Part shown: positions 26,665 to 36,160 of the stretch, in pieces
Numbering within the stretch: the stretch's first letter is position 1
Layout of the letters: every line of letters begins with the position of its first letter
Source: Octopus vulgaris
Taxonomy: Eukaryota
NCBI GenBank assembly: GCA_951406725.2
Contig: OX597828.1
Coordinates: forward strand, 19,344,001 to 19,408,000
DNA: 64,000 bases
Direction: 5' to 3'
The notes under the pieces: generated by a model
The model's input: only the letters and a program-made list of their open reading frames with translations
The model's database searches: none
What the model was told of the DNA's origin: nothing
Translations under genes and position numbers: made by a program

Positions 26665-26881
26665 TGCGTTTGTGTGTCTGTGTTTGTCCCCCTAGCATTG
26701 CTTGACAACCGATGCTGGTGTGTTTATGTCCCCGTTACTTAGCGGTTTGGCAAAAGAGACCGATAGAATAAGTACTAGGCTTACAAGAGAATAAGTCCCG
26801 GGGTCGAGTTGCTCGATTAAAGACGGTGCTCCAGCATGGCCGGAGTCAAATGACTGAAACAAGTAAAAGAGTAAAAGAGTA
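26411..26881 (+). mobile_element. SINE family A
   Basis: Full-length copy. Confidence 0.85.
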
Positions 26882-26974
26882 ACTAACAATTATTTGAAAA
26901 AACAAAACAGCCAACAATTTGTTTCGACTTATATACATTTTTTAATATACAAACGATTCAATTCCCTTATTGAA

Positions 26975-27300
26975 TTTGAATTGAGACCCCTTTCGGTCAT
27001 GACTGACCGTGGGATTGCACCTAGAAAGTTACCCTCCGAGGCACAAGTCCGGGCAAGGTTGTTTATGGAAGACCGGCAGTCCCCTCTTCACGCCACCAGT
27101 GTTATCCAAGGGAAAGGCAAAGGGGCTGATACAGCTTGGCACCTGTGACGTCGCAACTCATTTCTACAGCTGAGTGAAGTGGAGCAACGCGAAATAAAGT
27201 GTCTTGCTCAAGAACACAACATGCAGCCCGGTCTGGGACTCGAACTCACAACCTCATGGTCGTAAGATCGACGCTTTAACCACTGAACCATACACCTTCA
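26975..27300 (-). mobile_element. tRNA-headed SINE (further family)
   Basis: Minus-strand A/B boxes near 27235-27292 and core gaaataaagtgtcttgctcaag. Its tail also occurs inverted at 50575-50698. Confidence 0.6.
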
Positions 27301-27536
27301 CCGGAAGAAATACTGCTAATATATTTGTGCAGCATCCTAACGATTCTACCAGCTCGCCGCTTTTGAGGGCCTAACAATAATGAATGCCAGCGAGTAGAAT
27401 AAAAAGAGAAAGCAAGCGAAATGATGGAACAAGACGCAGTGATGCGAGACTGAAAATATTTCACTTCCGAATAATACAATTCTTCAAAATATTGAAAACA
27501 TGACACATAACACTGAAGAAGTATTTCTACACACCA

Positions 27537-27622
27537 GTTGCCCTGATGAGGCTTATATATAAGGGAATTGAATTGTTTATATATTAAAAAATGTATATAA
27601 GTCGAAACAAATTGTTGGCTAT
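27537..27622 (+). ncRNA. Type I minimal hammerhead ribozyme motif in a Penelope-type repeat
   Basis: GTTGCC-CTGATGA-GGCTTATATAT...GTATATAAGTC-GAAA-CAAATTGT-T-GGC. Core is intact, stem II has 11 bp including G-U pairs, stem III is near-palindromic, stem I is GCC/GGC. Confidence 0.65.
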
Positions 27623-27897
27623 TTTGTTTTTTTAAATGATTGTTTCTTATATTATATTCATAGTATATTATGTTATATTATGATATAAATAAATTATTTG
27701 ATTGTTATTTGTAACTCTCTATTTAATTTATTATACGTAATTTGCATTGTACCCATATTTATGTGGTATTCAACCAACATACAAGTGAATTGGATGTTTT
27801 ACACATACCTTTGAAGGAATTTTTTCCTTTGTTTGTTACCTCATATTTATATATATATATACATTTGCTTCAGTCATTAGACTGTGGCCATACTGGG

Positions 27898-28176
27898 TGT
27901 AGTGTGTGCGCGATTTGAATATAGAGGCACCTACCTTCTCTTCTTAGTGACGGAGACCCTCCAACGGTGACTAGTCCTTCCACACAGCCTCGACCCGAAC
28001 ACTAACGATAGCAGCTGCTAGCCCAAACCCTTAGCGACGTCCTCACACATCTTGTCACCTCCACGACCCACGTTGGAAAGGGCTCAATTCCCCGCTCCCT
28101 GCGCACGCCTGACGCTGGCCCCTTCCGGTTGCCCTAGCTTCCGGTCAACGCACCCGGCTGCTGACGTCATCCCACA
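27898..28176 (-). repeat. 3' LTR of the gypsy element (~279 bp)
   Basis: Termini TGTAGT...CCCACA, directly after the polypurine-like tract on the minus strand. Confidence 0.7.
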
Positions 28177-29860
28177 CGCCACCCTGATCTTAAAGATCAC
28201 AATCTCTCCGCTCCATGTTGTAGTCCACCATCCAACCGGGAGAGCGCCTTGCTCGTCGAGATCTTCTGAAGCTGGGCTCCTCGTTCTCCCCCTCTCCAGA
28301 ATCATCGTCCGTCAAAGCAACAATCTTGCGAAGGTCCAAGACGTGTCGTGGTGTTCCATCTACGGATACGTTGCTTCTGGAATTGATCGCCGTCACCGTT
28401 CCTCTGCTCCATTGAGACGTACAGCACGCCTTTGGTGGCTTGACCCAGACTTCCTCCCCTATTTTCACGCGAACGGGTCCCTTCTCTTCCTCGTGACCCT
28501 CCGGTACTTTGCTCGGGTGCCTACATTCATATTTGAACACAGCTCTCTGCGGCATAGATTCCTCAGCTTGTCCGGATCGGGGAGACAAGTTGTACCAAAA
28601 AAACTGCTTCAAGTGGCGAAATGTGCCCTCTTTCCGCTATGGCCTTGACTGTCCGATGGTGCCTCTCCACGATCCCGTTACCGCTCAGCCTATACGCTGC
28701 TCTGAACAAGCGTCGCACATTCCACCGATCAAGCATAACCCTCAATGCTTCCGAACGAAACGCTGCCCAGTTGTCCATCAGTAGTTCTTCCACGGGACCT
28801 CTCTCTAAAAATATCCCGTTCAGGATCTGCGCAATCTCGTCAGCAATGCCCGATCTCAACTCCTCCAAATGGCCAGCCGGCCCGGCCCGCAGTCGATCAT
28901 GGAGAGGTACATTTGCTGACGGTAGTGTGTCACATCCACAGCTAGCCTTTTCCAGTCCTGCTCCACGGAAAGGCTTCCCTGTTCATGCCCACACGGAGCA
29001 GGGTTGATGGACTGACACCTGTCACAGCTCCCGACCACCTTCCGGACGCTTCTCCTAGTGACGTCAGCATCAATTTTTTTTGCCAGATACAGGGTCCTGT
29101 CCACACCCAGGTGATGCATATCATGCAGTTTCTTCAGTTCAGAGTCATCCAACCAACACGCCACAGCTATCCCTTTCCGGGCCTCCTCCAGTTCTTCCAA
29201 CCACGCTCTTTTCACCCTGGTCAGTACGTCCGCCCTGTTTTTCTCCGAAGGCTCGAAAACCACGTTCAGCTTCAGTCCGAACTCGGCGATCAATTCACCT
29301 AGAACTCCTAGACGGCGCTTCACTAACATCTCCACAGCACCTTTCGTCCGCACTCTCCTGTCACCGGTGATCACCGATCCTACCCAGCCAAGCACAGTGG
29401 CCGAATCCGTCCGGATTTCAATTGTGCGCAGCCCCCATTTCAAGGCCAAGTTCACCCCTTTCAGCAGCGCGTCTAATTCGGCGACATTGATGTGGTTGAA
29501 ATCATCTGCTTTCCAAAGCCAGGCCACGTCCTCCACCGCAGTGCCTTCGATTGCCAATACCACCCCTATCGCTATACTGCTAGCATCACACCAGACGGTC
29601 CCGCATTTCGTCTTGGGCACATACCAGTTCCCCCCGACCGGGTCTTCCGCTCTTGTCCTCTCTAGGATTTCCTGCATCATCGCCACCGTCCCTTCTCCCA
29701 CCTTGTCGCCCCACCTCTCTCCTTCTGCTCGTCTCTTGGTGTAACTACACGCCGTGCGCAGCCATCCAGCGATCGGGTAGTGACCGACCAACATCCCACA
29801 CACCGAGAACAGCTCTCTCCTGCTGACGCTGGAACTGCATGGCATCTTGGAACTCATTGT
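27898..29860 (-). mobile_element. Ty3/gypsy LTR retrotransposon, 5'-truncated (RNase H, integrase, PPT, 3' LTR)
   Basis: Minus ORFs give WCDASSIAIG, NVAELDA and RTDS (RNase H); HDMHH...CDRC, AVDV, MDN and NGIVER (integrase), with frameshifts near 28860 and 28600. A purine-rich tract abuts an LTR (TG...CA) at 27898-28176. GC-rich relative to host. Confidence 0.88.
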
Positions 29861-30398
29861 TTCAACAACAATAACATACCAACAAGAAACAGTAACAAAT
29901 TCTCCCTCATATCACACTCAGCCATCTCTAAATGAGGAGAATCACACTATATAATGTAGAACTAGATAAGCTGTGCATGTACAGAGATGGGATTGTCATG
30001 GGCAATACACTTTTCCCTATCATTGTGGAGGAACAAGGTCAAGCTGGAGCAAAATATGATTGTCTCTGACAACATTGTCATCATTTGTGTACCATCTCTA
30101 CCTCATTCACCAGCACAAGGGCACAACCAGTGGCAACAGTACTTTTTGTAGTAGTAGGAGTTGTAGCAGCAACAGCAGTGGTAATAGATTCTTCATACTT
30201 CCACATACACATACATGTGCACCTCCAAGAACATTATCAGGATAACTGCTGTCAATGGACCTGGCAATTAGAAGTCATATTTACTTAGCACTATCATCTC
30301 TCGCCAAAAATAAAATAACCTTTTAAATGCAACATGTATATATCATTTCTAAATAAGATGTTTCTCCTTCTATTTTATCTAGCACTTTCATTGCAAAC

Positions 30399-32690
30399 AT
30401 GAATAGACTAATGGTATTTGGAATCATCTGTGAAAATAAAACAAAGGTTTCTCTTCTCTATGCCACACACACGATTTCCATTAATGGTTTTACGTCACAC
30501 GTCAATATCGAGGCTGAATATATAAATGAAAGCCAACACAAGACAGAAGCTAAGTTTGTTTTCCCTGTGGAAGAAGACAGTGCCGTATATAAATTCGAAG
30601 CTAAAATTGGTGATGTCCATTTAGTTGCCAAATCTAAAGACAAAGATGTTGCCAAAAAGGAATACAAACAAGCTGTAGATAAAGGTCAGTCTGCTATTTT
30701 GTTGCGAGAGACAAGTACATCTGGCGATATTTTTGAGTATAGTTTAGGTAATATTCCAGCAAATGAAAAGATCCGTTTACAAATATGCCTTGTTTCTGAA
30801 CTTTCTTGTGAAGTTGATGGGGCAGTGAAATTTCATATGCCATTTGTGCTTAATCCCAGATATGGTCTTAAACCTGCAGATGAAAATTATCAAAATGCAC
30901 CTCAACCAAAAGAGTTTAGTTTCAATGCCTCCGTCAACTGGAATTCACAAATCAAAGACATCAAATCAGAACATCCAGTTAAGGTGGAATATCAGGATAA
31001 CAAGTGTCATGCTACTGTGAGAATGGCAAAGGAATTCAATTTTGAGAAAGACCTTCTTCTGCAAGTGTACTATGAAGATGTAGAAAAACCACAAGTAATT
31101 TTAGAGAAAGGAGATGAGAATTCTAAAGGAATGTTTTCTAAAGATATTATGATGATAAATGTGTTTCCAGAACTTCCGCAAGTAAAACAATCTGCCGCTA
31201 ATGATTATATTTTTGTTATTGATCGCTCAGGAAGCATGAGTGGAGAGAAAATTGAAGCAGCAAAAGATACTTTGTTACTTTTCTTAAAAAGTTTACCTTT
31301 GGGTTGCTCATTTAATGTTATCAGCTTCAATAATGATTTTGAATTTCTGTTCAAAGAAGGAAGCCAAGAATATAGTGAAGATTCTCTGAATGAAGCATTG
31401 AAATTCCAGAAAAATCTATTTGCTTCGGGTGGGACAGAAATTCTTAGTGCACTGAAATCACTCTCTGTCAAAAAACCATTTCAAAATTTCCATCGACAAG
31501 TATTCTTAATAACTGATGGTGAAGTCTACAACACAAACGATGTCATTCAATTGGTCAAGTCACAAGTAAACAACACACGATACTTCACAATTGGTATTGG
31601 TTCTGGAGCTTCTACAGAATTGGTCAAAGGTATTGCCCGCGCAGGGAAGGGACAAGCAGAGTTTGTGATGACAAATGACAACCTTAAGGCAAAAGTTATG
31701 CGTTTATTAAAATTGTCAAAGCAACCATTTGTATCTTCGGTTTGTCTCTCTGCTAAACATGGTGAAAACAATAAAGAATTATCCTTTATTTCAGTTCCAG
31801 AAAGGCTGCCATGTATTTTCAGTGAAGAAAAATTAATCCTGTATCTAGTTTTGCATGAAGCTGAGACTAGTTGCAAAAATGTGAAATTGAATCTTTGTGG
31901 TAAAATTGGTGAAACAGACTTTTCACTTGATTTTGAAGCAAGTCTGTTGGGACAGAATAATAAGGAAATGACAATACACCGTCTTTGTGTGAAAAGGAAA
32001 ATACAGGAATTGGAATTAAATGAAGATTTGGGTAAAGGTGATGAAATAAAATCAGAGATTATCGATTTGGGTACAATGGCTAATTTAGTTTCAAAGTACA
32101 CAAGTTTTGTTGGTTTGGATGAACATGTTCCAGAATGTATGCCAATTATGCGTTTAGCAAAACCACAATTATACAGTATGCTTTATGTCGATGCTGAAGG
32201 ATTGGACGACATTGGTAAAGAAATGGATGATGGAGAAATATGTTTGGATTTATCTGATGTTGATTTTGTGGATTCTTCTGGTGCTGATTCTGTGGATTCA
32301 AGTTGCATGCCTCCCTCATTTAAAGTACCACGTGTGACTGACGAGGAATCCTTTATGTCTCTTGGGTCAACAAATAAAGATATTTTAACATGTTTGGTTG
32401 GTCTACAAGCTTTCTCTGGTTTCTGGAATCTAGACGATCAGTTGGCTCAAGCTCTCAATATTTCTCTTAAGGACCTGAACAAAGAGAATCCATCTATTAG
32501 TGATAAAGTATGGGCTACAGCTCTTGTTGTTGCTGTACTAAGAGAAAAATTAGCTTCCCAGCATTGTGAATGGGAATTAATGGAAAAGAAAGCAATTGAG
32601 TGGCTGGAATCTCAGAATATACAACCAATGAATTCAGAGAAGTTACTAGAAAAAGCTACAAACTTCATAAAAAACAAAATGGTTGCCTAG
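30399..32690 (+). CDS. VWA5A: von Willebrand factor A domain-containing protein 5A-like (VIT + vWA + variable linker + PARP4-like C-terminal helical domain), copy 2, 763 aa, single coding exon
   Basis: Uninterrupted 763-aa ORF. VIT motifs (EAKFVFP, AVYKFEAKIG, LGNIPA), MIDAS DRSGS...SGGTE...ITDGE, RYFTIGIG, LVSKYTSFV, and C-terminal LQAFSGFW...WATAL...WELMEKKAIEWL. Polypyrimidine acceptor AG at 30381-30382; AATAAA at 32841. Confidence 0.92.
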   Translation: MNRLMVFGIICENKTKVSLLYATHTISINGFTSHVNIEAEYINESQHKTEAKFVFPVEEDSAVYKFEAKIGDVHLVAKSKDKDVAKKEYKQAVDKGQSAILLRETSTSGDIFEYSLGNIPANEKIRLQICLVSELSCEVDGAVKFHMPFVLNPRYGLKPADENYQNAPQPKEFSFNASVNWNSQIKDIKSEHPVKVEYQDNKCHATVRMAKEFNFEKDLLLQVYYEDVEKPQVILEKGDENSKGMFSKDIMMINVFPELPQVKQSAANDYIFVIDRSGSMSGEKIEAAKDTLLLFLKSLPLGCSFNVISFNNDFEFLFKEGSQEYSEDSLNEALKFQKNLFASGGTEILSALKSLSVKKPFQNFHRQVFLITDGEVYNTNDVIQLVKSQVNNTRYFTIGIGSGASTELVKGIARAGKGQAEFVMTNDNLKAKVMRLLKLSKQPFVSSVCLSAKHGENNKELSFISVPERLPCIFSEEKLILYLVLHEAETSCKNVKLNLCGKIGETDFSLDFEASLLGQNNKEMTIHRLCVKRKIQELELNEDLGKGDEIKSEIIDLGTMANLVSKYTSFVGLDEHVPECMPIMRLAKPQLYSMLYVDAEGLDDIGKEMDDGEICLDLSDVDFVDSSGADSVDSSCMPPSFKVPRVTDEESFMSLGSTNKDILTCLVGLQAFSGFWNLDDQLAQALNISLKDLNKENPSISDKVWATALVVAVLREKLASQHCEWELMEKKAIEWLESQNIQPMNSEKLLEKATNFIKNKMVA

Positions 32691-32840
32691 CGATTTCTGT
32701 TTATTTCATATATTAAAACTTTCACTACTGTATAACTGAGAAAAATACCTTAACATTTTAACTTATATATCAATACTTTACTAATTCTTCTAAAATATCT
32801 GTAAACAAATATTTCATATATCTATACAGCTATAAAATAT

Positions 32841-32846
32841 AATAAA
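32841..32846 (+). terminator. Polyadenylation signal of copy 2
   Basis: AATAAA about 150 nt after the stop, at a conserved position among paralogs. Confidence 0.55.
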
Positions 32847-32864
32847 ATATAAATCCATAATCCT

Positions 32865-33196
32865 ATATTGTTGTATTTCGGAATGGTCATTTTGCCAGTT
32901 TAGCCAATAAAAACACACGCACTATATATTTGGTGTTACTTTGCTTCAGTGTTATTTATTTTTTACATTAATCTTAATCTTATTTCGGCCAGAGTTCTTT
33001 CGTCACACTCCTGTGACCACATCAGTGGTCCTTTGCTTTCTTCTTTCTTATTTGTGTCTCACCTTACTAACTGTCAGCCATTTTGTGTTTCTATTGTATG
33101 TGTCTTCATTTGCGCATGTGTATATCTCTATGTGCGTCTATGTTTCAACACACAACTTCACATAAAAAATCTTGCTCAACAAATATATAAACGTAG
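32865..33196 (-). mobile_element. 332-bp insertion with 9-bp target-site duplication, carrying a hammerhead-like motif
   Basis: cataatcct is duplicated at 32856-32864 and 33197-33205 and is single in the copy 1 and copy 3 flanks. Minus strand reads CCA-CTGATGTG-GTCAC..GTGAC-GAAAG-AA-CTC-TGG at 32987-33031. Confidence 0.65.
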
Positions 33197-33314
33197 CATA
33201 ATCCTGTAATTGTTGATTTTGTGTTATTATTATTGTTTATTTTTTTTTGTGTGTATCAAGTGTGAATATATTTCCAAGACTTTGCAGGTTCTGTGACAAA
33301 CTTCTTACTTTTAT

Positions 33315-34889
33315 GTCATCTAAATTGTAACCTTCCATCAAAATATTATTCTAATTTATGTCCCAAACACCAGTTTAGTAATCCTTTCTACTGGAAGTAC
33401 AAGGCCTCAAATTTGTGGGAAGGGATTAAGTCGATGACATCGACCCCAGTACGTAACTGGTACTTATTTGATTGACCCCGAAAGGATGATGAGCAAAGTC
33501 GACCTTGGTAGAATTTGAACTTAGAATGTGATGACAGATGAAATACCGCAAAGCATTTTGCCCAGGGTGCTAAAGATTCTGCCAGCTTGCTGCCCTAAAA
33601 CACCAGCTTAATATTGACAAAGTTATATCACTAAATTCTTCATTATTTTGAAAATTAATTGGAACAAAGGCAATGCACTTCAGCAGAGATATGGTAGAGA
33701 ATTAGTTAGAGATATTTAAACAGAGTTCTCAGCATTTAACACTACTAAATTGAGGAAAACAATCATTATTTAGCTGTAGGTTCACATTGTCTTTGGTCAT
33801 TATATGTTTCTTTACTGGCCACACAGGGCTGAAATACAGAGGGGAAAAATACAAAGTAGAGCTTTTCTTTTGGGGAAGAAGAAGAAAAGAAGAAAAAAAA
33901 GTTGGTCGAATTCCGATCAAAAGGGATCGTGAAAAAAAAAATGGTAGTGGGAGTGTAATCAATAGGGATCGTGTATCACAGAAATGTCAATGTAAAAAGA
34001 GAAAACAGATTAAGTTTATCTATGGAAAGAAAAGCCTACAGAAAAGACCACGGAAACCTTGGGCAATAGTGTCATGCAAAAATAAACACATTACAGTAAG
34101 TGGCTCTCTTTTCCCCTTTTTTTTTGGTTCGTAGGATTATGCTCAAGCTGGCTCTGTCATTCACACATGCCATCCTTGCTACATTCACCCATCTTTTTTT
34201 TAAACATTCACTAGACAAAACTTCCCTCTCTACTCTCACCTTCCTCTTCAAGTAATACTTAAAGAAGTTGATGAGAGATTCACCAGAGAGGAAAGTGTTT
34301 GTCTCTAGACCATTCAGTCATGTCCACCATACACATTCTTTCACTATAGCCACAAGTACAATGAAAATGGTTCTTCCTTCCAGTTTCAAGGAAGGTGGCA
34401 CGACAATATTCACGATAGACTCGGTTGATAAACTGACTCATCTTTTGTCATTAGAAATTCTTTAAAGAAACAGGTTTTAATAAATAAATATCTGAGACAA
34501 ATAATTGTATAAAACTCTATCCTACGTTTATCACATCTGTATTTTATCTTGGTTCATCATTACTATCATTCTTATGATATTAGAAACTATTTGAAAAGCC
34601 TTGACATTTATGTGTACATCTTATTCTGGATTTCTTTTAAGAGATTTGCTCTACTCACATCTTCAAGTCAGTGCCCCAGTATGGTCGCAGTTTAATAACT
34701 GAAACAAGTAAAAGAATGAAAATTAAGATGAATCCATTTTAGTTTCATGATGGGATAATATAGAACAAACACTAAAGACCAAAAGTACAACTTGTTGGGT
34801 AGTGTTGTAAGACACAGGAATATGTTGGAAGAGTTTTATCACAAAACTTATGGAATCCATATTCAGTGTTAGCAAAGTCAAATGTCTTC
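33315..34889 (+). repeat. Segmental duplication partner of 1-1495
   Basis: Direct near-identity with window positions 1-1495. Confidence 0.95.
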
Positions 34890-36160
34890 GACTTCACATC
34901 ATCATCATCATCATCATTATATTATTGTTGTTTACTTTTGTATGTGCCGTGCAGAATTCGTTAATGTATGAACAGGTCAGCTTTGCTGTCACTGACACTT
35001 ACCTGTTTCCAAGTTAGGTTATATTTCCTCATAGCCAGATATGTTTCCAGTAAGCTTTCAGAATGGAGGACAGAGCTTGTACAATATCCACACTTGTCAG
35101 TGACTGTGATATCATGTCAAACCAAGAAGACACAAAACACACACACACATACATCTATACATAGAGATTCAATTATACTGGTAAAGAAATTAGGTACAGG
35201 AATAATATCGAATATATTATATAAAATGGTTTATAATTGCTTAAATATTAAATGTAATAGTTTATAATAATGTTTATTTGCATAATTCCCTCTATATCTG
35301 CTCAACCCTTTACCTTGCAGAATCAGTCCCCTGTAAAGACAATGCAATTTAAGTTTGAATATTTTGAGCATTATACTGAGAGACTCTGGATTTTGTATTT
35401 GGGTTGCATACATATCTATAAGTGAATTCTCCCATGAGCTTCTCATTATTATAGCCATAAATGTATCCAGAGTGCAAGGAAGATGGCAGCAAAGAACGAG
35501 GGAGGAGAAATGGAAAGTATAGATGATTGTAGAGGGATAGAGAGAAAGAAAGAAAAGTGGTATTCAGTTATAAATAAATAAAAAATACACATCAAGTACA
35601 GGACATCACCGAGTGAAGAATACGTAAACACACAGAGATAAGCACAGGATAAAATACCAAAAGTCTAACTCATTCCGTTGTCAACTGTTTTACTACTCCC
35701 TATTTTGTTGTAACGAGATTGGATATCATGTATTTAGACATGATTTGATTTCAGTGGTGAAGTTTTGTGTAGGAGCAGTCACACATTTGAGAAATGATGA
35801 TAGCAGACAAATGATGAAAATATTTGCAGCAAATTCAGTGAATCACATATCGGAGGCTATTCTCTTAGAGATTTCCATCTTCTAGTTTAGATGCATTTTT
35901 ACATGGCTGTAATCATCTGAGAAATGCAAACCAGAGACCAAATCAGAAATTTGCAAATTCTTACATGTATAAATTTAATGTAATTGAATGACCTGTGCCT
36001 CCTCAGACTTCATCAAACCTTTGACAGATCTTGTTTTTCATTCTTCAGTGAATCCAGAAAGCATTCTACACACCAAGCAGTCCTGGTGTTTTTGCCAGTT
36101 TAGTCACTGAGAGTTCGGATATACACAAGTGACAATCATGACTGACCTGCCATATTTATA

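Noticed and set aside
28052-29744. GC-rich plus-strand ORFs suggesting bacterial contamination or horizontal transfer
   Set aside because: Explained by the minus-strand gypsy RNase H/integrase.
31547-32101. Antisense ORFs over the VWA5A-like genes (also 3285-3964 and 40436-41044)
   Set aside because: Shadow ORFs of the sense CDS, conserved only because the paralogs are near-identical.
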